Shown here: positions 15,500 through 31,126 of the stretch, piece after piece | Numbering within the stretch: the stretch's first letter is position 1 | Layout: every line of letters starts with the position of its first letter | Assembly: GCF_009914755.1 (NCBI RefSeq) | Contig: NC_060935.1 | DNA from: the human T2T-CHM13v2.0 reference genome, Homo sapiens | Length of the DNA: 64,000 bases | Direction: 5' to 3' (one strand) | The notes under the pieces: model-generated | Told to the model about the DNA's origin: nothing | Databases searched by the model: none | The model's input: the letters and a program-made list of their open reading frames with translations, nothing else | Program-made: the position numbers and the translations under genes

Positions 15500-16362
15500 T
15501 CCTACAGCAGGTTGAATGGTGTCCTCTCCAAATTCTTGTCTACCAGGAACCTCAGAATATGACCTTATTTGGGAATAGGGTCTTTGCAGTTTAGTTAAGC
15601 AATTAGTAATTAGTTAAGGCTCTTGAGATGAGGTCATACTGGATTCAGAGTGAGCCTTAAACCCAATGACTGGTGTCCTTGGAAGAAGAGAAGAGAGTCT
15701 GCTGGGTGTGGAGGCTCATGTCTGTAATCCCAGCACTTTGGGAGGCTGAGGTGGGAGGATTGCTTGAGCCTAGGACTTGGTGACCAGCCTGGGCAACATA
15801 GGAAGATCCTGTCACTACCAAAAAAAAAAAAAAAAAGAAAAAAATTAAAAAAAAATTAGCCAGGCATGGTGGCTTGTGCCTGTAGTCCCAGCTACTTGGG
15901 AGGCTAAGGTGAGAGGATCACTTGATCCCGGAAGGTTGAGGCTGCAGTGAGCTGAGGTTGTGCCACTGTACTCCAGCCAGGGCCACAGAGTGAGACCCTG
16001 CCTCAGAAGAAGAAGAAAAAGAAAAAGAAAAAGAAGAAGGAGAAGGATAAAGAGAAAGTGAAAGAGAAGAGGAGGAGGAGGAGAAGAGGAGGATGAGGAG
16101 AAGACAGAGAGAAACAGAGAAGGCCAGGTGAAGGTGGAGGCAGAGATTGGAGGGATGCTGCCACAAGCCAAGGAATGCCAGGAGCTGCCAGGAGCTGGAA
16201 GAGGCAAGGAAGGATTTTCCCCTGGAGCCTTTGGAGGGGCACAGCCCTGCTGACACCTTGATTCCAGACTTGTTGGCTTCTACAGCTGTGAGATAATTGA
16301 TTTCTGTTGTGTCATGCACCGAATTGTGGTGCTTTGTAATGGCAGCCCTAGGAAGCAAACCC
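15500..16362 (+). mobile_element. MaLR solo LTR (MLT1C-like) interrupted by AluJ
   Basis: GAACCTCAGAATATGACCTTATTTGG...GGGTCTTTGCAG; after the Alu GGCAGAGATTGGAG...CCACAAGCCAAGGAATGCC...GCAGCCCTAGGAA. Confidence 0.8.
15701..16020 (+). mobile_element. AluJ with tail expanded into a GAA/GGA polypurine tract (to ~16115)
   Basis: AluJ-type GGGAGGATTGCTTGAGCC, GGGCAACATAG and GAGGCTGCAGTGAGC. Confidence 0.88.
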
Positions 16363-19300
16363 ATCTTAACTGCTGGTCTCCCACCTTCCCAGGTCATTGC
16401 TTTTCTCTACTGGGCCACAATGTCATTCCGAAGCTAGTTCCCCATTGTGGCTGCTACCTCCTTCCCTCTCCTGTTCCTCTTTGCAGCTACTTCCCCATCA
16501 CTTTGGGGCGCACTAAGTCAGGTGCACCCCGGGGAGGGTGTGCTGAGTGTGTGTGGGGGTGCACTTCCAGGTTGGGATTGGGGTCTGGTCAGTATGCAAA
16601 GGCTTCTGCTACTAGGAGGTACTAGGAAGGAACCTCACTATGGGTGCAGTCCTGTTTCCCCCGACTGGAGCCAGGGAGTAGATGAACAGACCACTCCTCC
16701 CTCAAAACCTCCCATAAAGTGACAATGGCAATGTCTCTAATTCTTATGAGGGCCCCGGAAGACAGCAGCATTATCTTTGATTAGCCAAAGAGAAACCTGT
16801 GTTCCAAGTGAGCCGGGAACTTGCTGGGTGGAGCTAGGATTTGCACTTAAGAATGGGTGAACCCTGAGCCACAGCCTCTGCTGCAGCCCCGGGGGTGCTG
16901 GACGGTGGGTACCGTGCTCTTGGCAGGACAGATGGGAACAGTTAGGGCCACAGGGAGAAACCTGTAAGCTCCTAGAACCCCACATTCTGGGTCCTTAATT
17001 CAGTGAGGTTTTTCTCAACTTGGGGCAAACCTCGTGGCGTCAGGAGAACAGGGCCAGAGCCTCTATATAGAACAGCACATCTTGCTGGAGGCAAAGCCGG
17101 ACTGTGACATTCTAGAGAGCCACGCGGTGCAGCTGCAGGCCTGGGACTCAGGGTGCCAGCCACGGCCCTGGGCAGAGGGGCTGGAGGAGAGTGACGTGGC
17201 CAGATGCAGCAAGCCGGGGGCAGGACCACTGCAGAGGAGTGAAGTTGAACCCCAAGCCAAAGCCCGGGCAGGGAGGGAGCAGCAGCTGGCACCGCTTTAC
17301 CACCCTGCCTTGGGCTCTTCAGCAGACCTCATCGAGTCTATAAATAGCCAAGTGATAATAAGAACAATTTCCTGGATGAAACTAAGACTTCGGGTAGGGC
17401 GCGCAGGGGCGGGGAGGTGGTGAGGAGCAGGTTGGTATTCTTCTTCTCTTCTTTACATTTCCGTTGTGCTAACAAGGGACATTTACATAAGCTTGACTCT
17501 GCCAGGAGCCCTTCCAACGGATGGGCTCTGGGCGGTGGGTGCCAGTGGCAGGGGAGGGAGGGGACCCAGCTCTAATTAGGCCCTCTGACTGCTCCCCCTC
17601 CTCCCTGCACCCAGCGTGCTCCTCCGCCTCGGAATGATGATTAATGACATATTTACTGGGTCCAGGCGTGTGCTTTTCTGGGAAATAAAAATTCTGGTTC
17701 AAGTTGTTTGTTCCACCTAATTAGAGAAAAAGGGAGATGTGTTCATTAAACAAAAGGAGGGTGAGGGGAAGGCACGTGCCCCAGCACCAACACCCTCTCT
17801 GTCCCCGTGGAAGGTCCCAGCACCTCCTGGGCCCCTAGCTCGCGGGGGACCCCAGGCCCCGTGCAGCGGGTATCCCAGGGAGGAAGGCTGGGTCTGCCAG
17901 CTCTGCTGCAGGACGACTGAGGGGAGGAAGGTGGGACAGAGCTGGGGGGCCCAGGGGGAAGGCTGGAGGGAGCCCTGCACCTGCAGGACAGGGCGGGATG
18001 TGGAGGGGCACGGGGGATCTGCACCCCCGGGTTTCTCTTCCCCCATTCCTTTCTGATCTCGCCTCTCTTGTTTCTTTTGCTTCACTCCTTTTCAGAAATG
18101 AATCTCCCCTAATTGTCACTTTTCTCATATGCAAATGGAGCCTCTGGACTTTGCAGCCTTGAAGGTACTGTCCAGGAGAACATTCTATCATCTGCAGGTT
18201 CTAGTCGCAGCTCCACTCCGCCCCTCCCTTCCCTGCTTCCCTTCACTGAGCTTGGCTCTGGGGACACACCATGGGCATTGAACCTCCCACCTCCTGCTTC
18301 AGAAAGCTTCATGCCTTGCAGGTGAGCTCCAGAAGGAAGTGAGTTATTCATGGTGGGCCACTCACTGTGGGAGCCACCGCCTCCAAGGCCTCCCTCCAGT
18401 GTGGTGAGCACTAACGTGCTGCCAGCCCCCGGCTCGCCCAGGTTGCCCATGTGACTGCCATGGTGGCTCCCAAGAGTCCCCGAGGACCCAGCTCCTGTGT
18501 GTGCAGATATGGGCCAGGGGCAGGCATATAGATGGCGTGTGTGCAGCATGTGTCCGGGAACGAGCGTGCCAGGGCATACACCCCCGTGGGTATGTGCGCG
18601 TACCTGTTTTTGTCTTTGGGTGTTCATGGGCCTCTGTCCACTGACTGCCGTGACTCTGCGGGGCCCCAGGTTCTCTCTGGACGCTGCCTGCTCAGGTGCC
18701 GCCTCAGGGCTGTGCACCCACCCCCACTGCCCCTCCCTAAGGGCAGGGATTTGGCACTCACTTCTCTAGTTCCCCAGCACCGGCCTGGGAGGCCGGTCTT
18801 CCCAGGTATGGTTGTACACAGTGTACCCCACCCCATGGTTTTCCTGCTTGGGTGGCAGTGGCTGGCCACTCTGCTCTTTCCAAAGCCCCCAGGGCCTCCT
18901 CTGGGCAGTGGAGAGCCAGGCTGAGCTCTCGGAAATGGGTGGGCTGGAGGGCAGACAAGGGGTGGGGGCCCAAGCACTGGTGCTAAATATGGGGTGCCCG
19001 ATGACAGGCAAACCGTCTGGAAAGGCCGAGAGTAGCCTGATTGCCTGGCAGCAAGGCCGCCTCGCTTCTCCCCGCTACTCACCTTCCCCACCTGCTGGGT
19101 CCCTTTTTTTTTTTTTTTAAAAAATCATGGCTCTGCTTCCCCTTTTGATAGCTGCTTGGGGCTCCCCATGGGCTGGTTGCCACCTGGCTTGAATAAGGGT
19201 GTGTGGGCCAGGTGGAGGATGCGCAGTGCTTTTTGCCCCAGTCCCTGCATCCAGCCTTGAGGCCAGAGGCCAGAGGGGTGCCCTTCACAGAGAAGGCCAG

Positions 19301-21056
19301 GATGAGCCTCGGCCACACCCAGTGGAGACTCTAGGCCCCTAAGCTGGGCAGATAGGTGCAGGGTGATGGGTGAGTGACCAGGGAGGGGGTGCCCAGTGGA
19401 GGGTGAGGGCCCTATGCATGTGGGCACTTATCCCTTTCCTGAGTGGGGTCTCCAGAGCTCCTCTTAGCAAAGGTGGTAAAAGGCGAGGCCAGTGGTCCTG
19501 GTGGTAGGGGTAGAGGGCAAGGGGCTCCAAGCAGACACAGACACGACTGTGCGTGCTAAGACCTTGCAACCCTCCTGCCTGGCAGGAAGCTGCACTTAGG
19601 AAGGGTTCTTTCTGGGCTCAGCCTGTCCTCTCGCCCCTCCTCTTCCGTAACCCATCCTTCCTCCCCTGCTGTGTGGACTTGGGGGCTTTCCAGAAGAAAG
19701 AATGTGGTCTCCACTCTGGCGCCAGGCCCTCAGAAGTATGAGGAACAGGGAAGGAACCCACTGTCCCCAGACAGCCCAGGGTTGAGTCTCCAGGAAGAAG
19801 CTTGGAGGGGCCTTTTCCTGCTCTGTGCCTCTGCAGCCGACACCCGCTGGGAGCCTGCAGTGGGCACTGCCCAAGGCCCCATCCGGCAGTGTGGCTCGCC
19901 CTGCACCCTGGAGGCTGTGACAGTGGCCTGTTAAGGAGAAGCATGGCCAGCCTGTGCTGGGGGAGGGACTGGGTGCTTCCTCTCCTGCCCTTCCTCCTGG
20001 GGAAGGGGCCTGGTGCCCTCCAGGGCTGAGGCTCATCCCTCCCCTACTGGTCCCATGGTGGAGTCACAGAGAGAATGGTCGGTGAGCAACCCAGAAACTT
20101 TGAGAACAGGCCTGGTGTTTTATGAAATAGCTGTATGACCCCTGGGGCAGGGAACTGGGGTTCCCCCTGTGGGACAGGAGCCAATAATAGTAGCTCACAT
20201 TTATCCAGTCCTTACTCCTGCCCTTGACAGGGTGCTTCTGATGCATAATTTCTTGTAAGTCACTCTGCAACCCTAACAGACATCCGTGATCATTATCACT
20301 GCATTTTGCAGCTGGGGAAACTGAGGCAGAGGGTGACATCACCATGTTATGTTACGGATCCCAGGTTTGAGCTAGGCCTTCAGAACCATGTGGCCAGCCT
20401 AACTATGACACCGATGTCTGCATATGGGAAACGCGAGGTCCATAGTGGGGTGGACCTTGCAGCCGTGTGGATCCAGTGAGGGGGTGACAATCCCAACAGC
20501 AGTGCTTGTTGCAAGCTCGCTATGTGCCAGGCGTGTTTCTCATTCAACTCCTCACAAGCACCCCTTAAAGTGGGTGCTGCTGTCGTTCCCATTGTATGGC
20601 AAGGACAGGGAGGCACGGCAAGGTGAGGTCACGCAGCTGGAAGGTGGCAGAGCCCGGATCCAAATTCAGGCTGCCAGCTCCTGAGCCCACGGGGATAATC
20701 ATCCACCATGTGACAGCCACTGAGGGCGTCAGACCCGACAGCAGCCAGGGCTGCCCTGAGGGGTCTTTTCTGGGGTCCTTGGAGGCTGCCTGATTTTGTG
20801 TGTGCTCCCAGCTTCTCTTCCTCTCTGCGGCTGATGCTCTGGCCCCTCCTCATATGTAGCCTCTCTGGGGAAGTCAGGAGTGCTGTTGGCCTATGGCAGG
20901 GCTCCTTGCAGCCCTGGGGGAGGAGGGGGTGGGCTGGGTCCCTGGGAGGGGAAGCAGAGGGGTTGGCTCGGACAGCCCCCAGAGCCTGCTCCATAGGAGC
21001 CCTGGATTGTGTAACCTACTGGGTATACTCCACATCACAGGCTTGTAGCTTCTCCC

Positions 21057-21353
21057 TGCCCGGCACACAGCCCCGTGCCTGGGGAAGCTCCACTGACGTG
21101 TGCGGGCTCTGCTGGTCACCCCTTTGGTCTCCATGAGAACCACTGGCCGTGGGGTGGACAGTTAGGATGGTGGATGACCATGGTTTGGAGGAGAGGCCCA
21201 GAGAAATGAAGTGCCTTGCCTTGGGACACAGGGCCTCTTCCCATGCTCATGTCCAGGGACACATTGAGGGTCTCAGGCCTCTGCTGCTCCCTGGACAAGC
21301 CACAGAGGGGCAGGAGACCATCTGAGGTGACTGTCCCCTGAGGAATCTGTTTC
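21057..21353 (+). repeat. Direct repeat copy A (~290 bp, similar to 26239-26519)
   Basis: Aligns by eye at roughly 80% identity; 37-bp identical core at 21270-21306 = 26437-26473. Confidence 0.9.
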
Positions 21354-22469
21354 TCTTCCGGAGCGTCTGATCCAACACCTTCATTTTGCAGACGAGGAAA
21401 CAGATGCCCAGGGAGTGAGTTGCCTGAGGTTATGCAGTGGAAGCTGGAACCCAGGCCTGCGACTGCCTGGCGCTGCCGTTCCCGTCACAGGCCCAGGAGC
21501 ATGGATCGGGTCCCCCGCCCTGCTGTGCAGTAGTATGGTACCAGGCTCTCCGAGGGGCCTTCACAATGTAGACAAGGATGACATGTTGAGCTCAAGGTGA
21601 TCCTGGGACAGGTCCAGCAGAGTGACCCTGACCTCTCTCTCCACCTGATGGCATGTGTCCTCTGCAGGACATTGACTCTGCTAGGGTCCAGGCTGGCCCA
21701 AGTTCAGGGAGGGACAGGACAGGTGCTCAGACTGGAAGGAAAGCCCCTATCCTTCCTTTTCATTCTCCTCTGGACAACTCTCTCTCTGTGTTATATCCTT
21801 GTATTACATAACAGGACAGGGTGGCTTCAGCCCAGGACATAAGGGAGAGGCTTGTCTTCCAAGAGGCAGCCATCCCTCCCTCCCCCTGGACTTGTGTCTG
21901 AGGGAAGGAGTTTGCCCTGGGTTCTGGCACCAGGTGCTGGGTTCTTTGATCGGCAGCCCTGGAGTGACCTCTTGGCAGGTGGTCAGTTTGGGACAGGAAA
22001 GACACACCCTCAGAGTGGGGACGGGCCTGCCTCACATCCTCGGATGACCAAGGCCCTGCTTATCTTTCCAGGATTGCTTAGAGGACTGGTGGGTAGGGGG
22101 AACCAGGCCGTGTATTTCCCCAGTCTCTGAGGACAAGGAAAACCCTCAGACCTGAGGCGAGCGGGCGTTCTGGAGGCTGGGCCCCCAGCTGCGGAGCTTG
22201 GGGGACCGGCTTGCCCTAGGAGGAGCATGGGCAAGGGCAGAGGCCAGGGTGTCAGGAATTGTGGTTCCAGGCCTGGCACTGCCCACTCCACCACTGAGAA
22301 GGACAGTCACTTCCCCACCAGGCCTCAATTTTCTAGCTGCAGACAAAAGAGGTTGGCCCAGGTATACTGTAAGGCCTCATTCATCTTAGAGGCTCTGTGG
22401 TACATTAACCCCATCTGGGACTCTATGCACAGTTTTGTTGAGTGGAGTTTGGTGGGGGCTGTTTAAAAA

Positions 22470-23341
<872 letters not shown>

Positions 23342-23532
23342 GGGGGCCAGTTCAGGGTGCTTCCAGCCCTTGGTATCGTGTGTGAATTAGAGACCAGAAC
23401 CCCTGTTGGTAGACACAGCAGGGCAAGGGCTGTTGGGTAAGGGATCATGGGCTGGATTTCAGCCCTCCCTGGCCCCTGAGCCAGGCACCTTGGAGATGGT
23501 GGAGCCTAAACGGCTTCACCTGGCAGCCCTGG

Positions 23533-24090
23533 AAAGTGGCCAGATTTAGCAAATAAAATACAGGATACTCAGTTAAATGTGAATTTCAGATATATAATGA
23601 CTGTCTTCTTTAGTATAAGTATGGCTTGTGAGTATGTCCAATGCAGTATTTGGAAGATACTTACATTAAAAAGTTATTATTTTTCTGAAACTCAAATTTA
23701 ACTGGGCATCTGTCTTAGCCCAGCTGGGCTGCTATAACAAGATATATAAACTGGGCGGCTTATAAACCACAGACATTTATTTCTCACTGTTCTGGAGGCC
23801 GGGAAGTCCAAGATCAACGCAGATTTGTTGTCTGTTGAGGGACAGACACCTGGTTCATAGATGCCCTCTTCTCACTGTGTCCTCACAATGTGGAAGGGAC
23901 AAGGGGTCTCCCTCAGGCCTCTTTTTTGTAAGGGCACTGATCCCATTTATGAAGCTCCACCCCCATGACCTGATCATCTCCTAAAGGCCCCACCTCCTCA
24001 TACTTGGGGGTTAGGATCTTGACATAGAAATGTTGGGAGCCACAAACATTCAGACCGTGATTGCATCCTGCATTTTATCTGCACCCCTAG
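23533..24090 (+). mobile_element. MER53 palindromic hAT MITE interrupted by MLT1A0
   Basis: GCCAGATTTAGCAAATAAAATACAGG...TTTAACTGGGCATC, resuming GCATCCTGCATTTTATCTG after the LTR. Confidence 0.8.
23711..24062 (-). mobile_element. MLT1A0-like MaLR solo LTR
   Basis: TGTCTTAG...GCTGCTATAAC...GGAAGTCCAAGATCAA...CACAAACATTCAG; 5-bp TSD GCATC at 23706-23710 and 24063-24067. Confidence 0.85.
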
Positions 24091-24171
24091 AACCTGGCCA
24101 CTACTGTCCCTGAGTCTCCTCGTCTGACCATGGCCTATTGTTAGGGTCTTCCCCAGCAGTTACCCTAGGAC

Positions 24172-24206
<35 letters not shown>

Positions 24207-24379
24207 CACAAGTCAGATAAAAGGATGGACACACATACAAATGAGTAGGAGAACCACAGCATGAATGAGAAAAAGTGACACAGAGTGAGAGAGCAAAAAA
24301 AGATACAAGGAGACAAAGAGTGAGAGAAACCAAAAGGGGCAGGAGAGAGGGACAGCTGCAGAGAGACAGGGCAGCTGGT

Positions 24380-25100
<721 letters not shown>

Positions 25101-25315
25101 TTAATAAAACGCATCGTCCGCTTGTATCGTAATGATGAGAGCAGCACCCACAGTGATCCCTGACATGTGCACTGCGTGCTTACAGTGGAGGATATTCCTG
25201 CCAGTCATCGCATCCCTGCTCAGGACCTGCCAGGAGGGGACAGGGCCAGCAGCCTCAGCCTGCACTCCCAGACCCAGAAGCAGAGCTCTGTGGCCCAGGC
25301 GATGTCTGTGGCTGC

Positions 25316-25772
<457 letters not shown>

Positions 25773-26238
25773 TTTTCTTTTTTCTTTAAATGAAGCACTG
25801 TCACACCTGCTGTCTGAGTTAGTCCTCACAACAGTCTGGTGAGGTCAACATTACCACCCCAATGACACAGATCCGGAAGCCGAGTTCCAGCAAGATTAGT
25901 GACTGGCTCAAGGTCACATGGTGGCAGAGCCAGGGCTGGAGGCCAGGCCCAGGGAACCTGGGAGCACCAGGCCGGCCCCTTCCCTGGCAGGGAGCAGGGT
26001 ACAGGGCAGCCCTTCACAGTGGAGCCAGCGCTTCGGAGGGCTGTGTAAGCGCTGGCATCTCCTGAGCTCCTCACTCCTCCAGAGCGGCTCCAGCCCCTTC
26101 ATCCCCAGAGGCAGCCTGATTCTCTCCTGTCCCAGCCTTCCACTGCATTTTGTAGTAGGGTCAGAGACGGGTGGCTCCCATCAAGGGATCCTGAGTGCCA
26201 GGAAGAGGGCCATCCGCGTCGGAGCACGGTCTCCGCAG

Positions 26239-26519
26239 TGCCCAGCACAGAGCCCTGTGCTGGGGAAACTCCACTGACATTTGCTGGCCCCACTGGGGTC
26301 ACCCTTTGATTCCGATGAGGACCATGGGCTGAAGGATGGTGGATGATCATGGTTTGGAGGAGAGGCCCAGAAATCTGAAGTACCTTGCCTAGGACACAGG
26401 GCCTTTCCCATGCTTGTGCTTGGGGACACGTTGAGAGTCTCAGGCCTCTGCTGCTCCCTGGACAAGCCACAGAAGGGACAGGAGGTGAGGCGACTGTCCT
26501 CTGAGGAATCCCTGTTTCC
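26239..26519 (+). repeat. Direct repeat copy B (similar to 21057-21353)
   Basis: See copy A; the ORF track shows the shared peptide SREQQRPETLNVS in both copies. Confidence 0.9.
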
Positions 26520-29500
26520 CTTACCCCAGGAGGAGCTGGGCCCACCAGCTCTGGAGGCTGAGAGAGGCCCAGGGCCTCTGGACACATCAAGACGTGAGCT
26601 GTCTGTGTACACAGCAAACACAGAAGGGGTAGTTGGATAACGGGGGCGTGGGAACCTAGCACAAAGGGTCCTCTCTGCCTGGTGGCCAGAGAAGCCCGCC
26701 CTTCTATGCAGGCTCTGTGCTCGGGGCTCTGGGCTGGAGAAGTTCAGAGCTGAACAGTCACAGCTCCGGGCCCGTCCTGACTCCACTGGCTCAGCCTTCC
26801 AGCCTCAGCCTGCATGGGAACTTCCCTCCCCTTCTCAGGGGATCGCCCCGTCAGCCCTTCTCCTAGTCCACTCCGGCTTCTGTGAAAGCTCCAGGAGGGA
26901 CAGGAAGCCCCAGTGGGGGCCGGTAAGAAGCCAAGAAGCAAACCTTCAGAACAGCTGCCTTGCCCTCCCTGCCCGGCCTTGGAGGCCTGCTCCCACACTA
27001 ACAGCACAGCAGTGCCATTTCCTGAGGAACAAGCAACCTCCCAGGGCTTCCGAGAAGCCATCACTGACCCCAGGGGCAGCGAGCCCCGGACTCCACCGAG
27101 ATCCTGGCTCAGGAACAGAGTCTGCCTCAGGCAACCCTGCCTGGCCCTGGGCTCTTGAGCCGGGAGGAAGCAGGCATGAATGGGATGGATGGAGAAGACG
27201 ACCCCCCAGCCGCCCACCCCACACCCTTTCATTAGTGCCCATGGGCCTCCTTGGGGTGGGCCTGGCCACAGGGCAAAACGGAGGCGGCTCAGGGCTTTCC
27301 ACCAAGTGGGGGTGGGTGCAACCACTTGTGGAGGAGGGGAATTGCATCTCCACGCGGTGAGTGGGGGACTTGCAGCAGGAAGAGCAGGGCTCAGAGGTGG
27401 CCAGCCTTCACCCTTCTTTCTTCAAGGCAGCCTCCCCGACCAGGATGGAGGAGCTCGGGCTCCATGAGCTAGCTGAGGGCCTGGAAAAAGAGCCACGTGG
27501 AGCCCTGGGGACAGCCTGGATACCTGGGGCCTCAGCCTTCCCAGTGACTGTGGAAAGTGCCTGAGAGCAGAGGGTGGAGCAGGAAGCCCCTTCTCTCAGG
27601 GTGGCTTCAGGTGCAAACGTGAGAGCTCGGAGGATCTGGGAACTGACCGCTCTCCAGCACGGACATTTACTGGGCCTTGGACAGGGGTTTGAAGCCTTGA
27701 CTGCATGCTCCTCTGCAGAGGTTTTAAAACCTCACTGCGGGCCACACCCTGAGCAGCCAAGTCCCAGTCTCTGGAGGGGACCCCAGGCATCAGGACTTTG
27801 GGGAGCTCCCCAGGGGGTCCCATGGCAGGACCAGCTTTCTGGGCTCTGGACTCTGGGCTGAGGGGCAGGAGCCTCTGCTTGCTCTGAGCACAGTGCAGCC
27901 ACCAAGGCCTTCCCGAGAATCCAAGACCCAGAGGACGGGCCCTTCCTCCTTGTGGCTGGAGTGTTGTGTTACTGGAATATCGGATTAGAGGCAGCGAGGA
28001 CGAGGGAGGAGGGAGTGGGGCGTGTTGTGGGAGTGCTCAGGCACACGCACAGCCACGCACATACATCCACCCTCAGAATGGGGCCTGATTACATCTTCCC
28101 AAATAAGTGGTTATCATGCTGGGTATTCATGTAGCCAGGCATTATTGATTGGTCTTCGCTTCACTGCACACCAGATGGGGGTGGGGGCTGGGGGGGGGTG
28201 GGGGTTGGTGAGGATGGAGGATGTTTGGGGGCCAGCAGGCTGAAGAGAAATCAGCAGTCGCTCTTGGCAGCTGTGTCTGGCGTGGAAGGGGGCTCCTCAT
28301 TACCTCCCCATTCAGACTCGGCCAGGCTGGGCCAGGCAGTGGCGAGGGGAGGAAGTTTCAGAGTGGTCCCCGCTTGGAGATGTATTATTCATCACCCCCT
28401 CGCAGGATTGGTTATTATCCTCAACCACTATAGAGTTTGGGCTTCTAATTTTTAATCACAAGGAAGGTGGAGGCGTTAGCCTTTTCGTGATTAATCCGGA
28501 GATAAAAATAGTTGACTGTTTTGGTGTTGTGCTTGTTGTCAGTCAGGAAAAAAATGGCATTAACTGTTGGGGCACTGAAGCCTGGGGAGGACTGAGCGGA
28601 TCCCAGGCAGAGTGGGTCCCCAGAGCTGGAAGCCAGCCTAAGAGGCCACAGCGCGGCCTTAGCCGGGGGTGGCTGAGCGACACTCCTGCACCCAGCTGGC
28701 TCCTGGGGCATTGATTATGAAAGAAACACATCATCGCGGGATGCTGAGCTCTTTACAGTTTACTCTCCCATTGGCCAGGACTGGAGCAGGCAGCTTCAGT
28801 CTCCCTCCCTGCTCTGCCCCTACCTGCCCAGCTCTGCAGACTTTGCCTTGTTTGGGTGGGCGGTGGGGGTACCCGTCCCTTTCCCTGTGTGTGGGAGGGA
28901 GCCCCCAAAAGCTTTCCCCAAGTTCTGCTGCCAAAGACAATGGGGTCTCGGGTGGACAGGTGGCATGGGGAGAGGGAAATTGAGGCCAGAGAGCACAAGA
29001 GGCTGACCCAAAGTTACCAGTGACGAGAGCAAAGAAGGGTGAGGGTGGGCTTGGGACGCACATCCTGGCTGTAACTGGAGAGGTAAAGCTTTCATCTATT
29101 TCACGCACTAAGGTTCTCTCTAACCTCTATACTCCCCTTTTTTTAGAGACAGTTTGCCAGGTTGGCCAGCCTCGTCTGAGCAGGCTGGAAAAACTCTCTT
29201 GGTGCCAGGACAAGGACAGCACTGAGGGAATTTCCTCCAGTGTCCACTTGGTCACCCAACTGAGACCTGGCTGGGCTTCCAGGAATTCCTCGATGCTCCA
29301 TCAGCCTGGGATGGTTGGTCTCTGAGCATGGCTGATCGGTGGCAGCTGGAGGGGTGGGGGACCAGCAGCACCACCCTCCTGCCCCCATACTGCATGGTGG
29401 AGAACCTCATAGACACCCAGCCCTTTGGAGAGCAAGACTGGTTCTCATTTGACTCAATGAGCAGCGAGTTCCCCACAATGCTGGCAGAGTGGGTCTATCA

Positions 29501-30030
29501 CCAACACCAAACCCTCCAGGGGCTTCCCGCTGAAGGAGAGTAGGTGTTGCCTGCAAGCACCAGCACTTACGGCCCTCGCTGCCCCTGGGGCCTCGGTCTG
29601 TTCCAACCACTCCTTACACAGCAGACCCTGGCCCCACTGCGTCTCTGCTGCTCAGCAAACCCAGCTCCTTCCGGGGCCGGGCTTGCCCTGCTCCTCTCTG
29701 TCTGTAACGCTCTTTCCTGTTCCTCACTCTGCTGGCTCTTCCCGTCAATGAAGGTGCAGCTTCAAGAGCCCTTCAGTGACTCTCCACTACCCACCCCTGC
29801 ACTTTCTGGATCACTGGGTTCATTTATTATCTGTCACCGTTCTAGAAAGGACAACAAAGACCTTATCTATCTTGGTCATTGTGATATTGCTGTATCACAC
29901 AGTAGGCGCTAAAGAAATATTTGTTGAATATATTATTTGTTAAATAAAAGAATCTCAGAAGGGGAGTGGGGATGGGGCCGGGGGGACGGTTATCATGGGC
30001 TTTGGCTTCTGAGGTCAGCGTTTTAAATCT

Positions 30031-30332
30031 TGTGTGTGTGTATGTGTGTGTGTATATATGTGTGTACATGTGTGTATATGTGTGTATGTGTATATATGTG
30101 TGTACACGTGTGTATGTGTATATGTATATGCATGTATATGTGTGTATGTGTGTATGCGTGTGTATGTGTGTATGTATGTGTATATGTATATATGTATGTG
30201 TATGTATGTGCATGTAGATGTACATGTGTGTATACATGTGTATGGGTGTGTGTATACATGTGTATGTAAGTGTGTGTGTGTATATGTGTGTGTATATGTG
30301 TGTTTGTGTGTGTGCATGCATGTGTGTGTGCA
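30031..30332. repeat. (TG)n/(TATG)n tract
   Basis: Directly visible. Confidence 0.95.
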
Positions 30333-30989
30333 TTGGGTACAGTTGGGAACGGGCTGCGTGAGTAGTGGGAGGGAGGAGGGCAAAGCAGGAGCCCTTCTGA
30401 GGCCAGCTGGGACAGCGCTGTAGGAACTCTGCGCTGCTGTGGCATCAGGGTTGGTGCTCCCTGTCTCTCCTCGAGAGAGGGAAGCCTGGCTGAGGGGGGC
30501 TTGGTGCTGGGAGCTGATTCTCAGCCTGTTTCTCCGTGGCTGCTGTCCTCTGATTTGTCTGGAACATAGGATGGGAGAGGGCGGCAGGCCGAGCATGGTG
30601 ACAGATCAGAGACACTTGGCTGAGTGGGGAGAAGGACGTTTGTGGGTTCTTTGATTTTGTTCTGCCGCAGACCCAGGGGCTCTGGGAGAGTCAGTGCTAG
30701 GAGTTCCAGCACTGACTACAGTGGAGGGAGGATGCCGAAGCCTCGGGGTGCATCTCCCACACCTTCAGCATCTTCTCCATCCCCAGGTTCCCCGCTGCAG
30801 CCCTGCAGTCAGCCTGCCATGTGTCCTGCCCTCCTGCCTCCCTCCCTCCCAACCTTTCTCTCACCAGCCTCCTCCATGTCACAAGCTGAGGCTATGATAG
30901 CTGAGTGAAGCCATACACGGCCTGCCATCTTAGAGCTGATGGGGAGGCCCTTGCCACTCCAGGCCAGTGCCCAAGACGGACATGTGTGC

Positions 30990-31126
30990 AGCCTTGGCAC
31001 CTCCTGGGAGCTTGTTAGAAAAGCAGACTCTTGTGCTCCACCTCAGACCTCCTAAGTCAAAATCTGCCTTTGAAAAGACCCCAGACAATTCACATACATT
31101 TTCAAGCTGGAGGAGCGCTGCTCTAA
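30990..31126 (+). mobile_element. MER5-type hAT DNA transposon fragment
   Basis: CCTGGGAGCTTGTTAGAAA...CAGACC...AATCTGC...ACCCCAG...GCTGCTCTA. Confidence 0.6.

Noticed and set aside
15945-16115. Antisense AluJ with a ~110-nt polypyrimidine tract as an exonisation candidate
   Set aside because: The acceptor looks plausible, but the usual Alu donor positions read GC or AC rather than GT; no support without transcript data.
23640-23672. miR-1302-like segment in MER53
   Set aside because: Several mismatches to the remembered mature sequence, degenerate arms, and the palindrome is interrupted by an LTR.
29863-30596. His/Thr/Tyr-rich ORFs
   Set aside because: Microsatellite artefacts.
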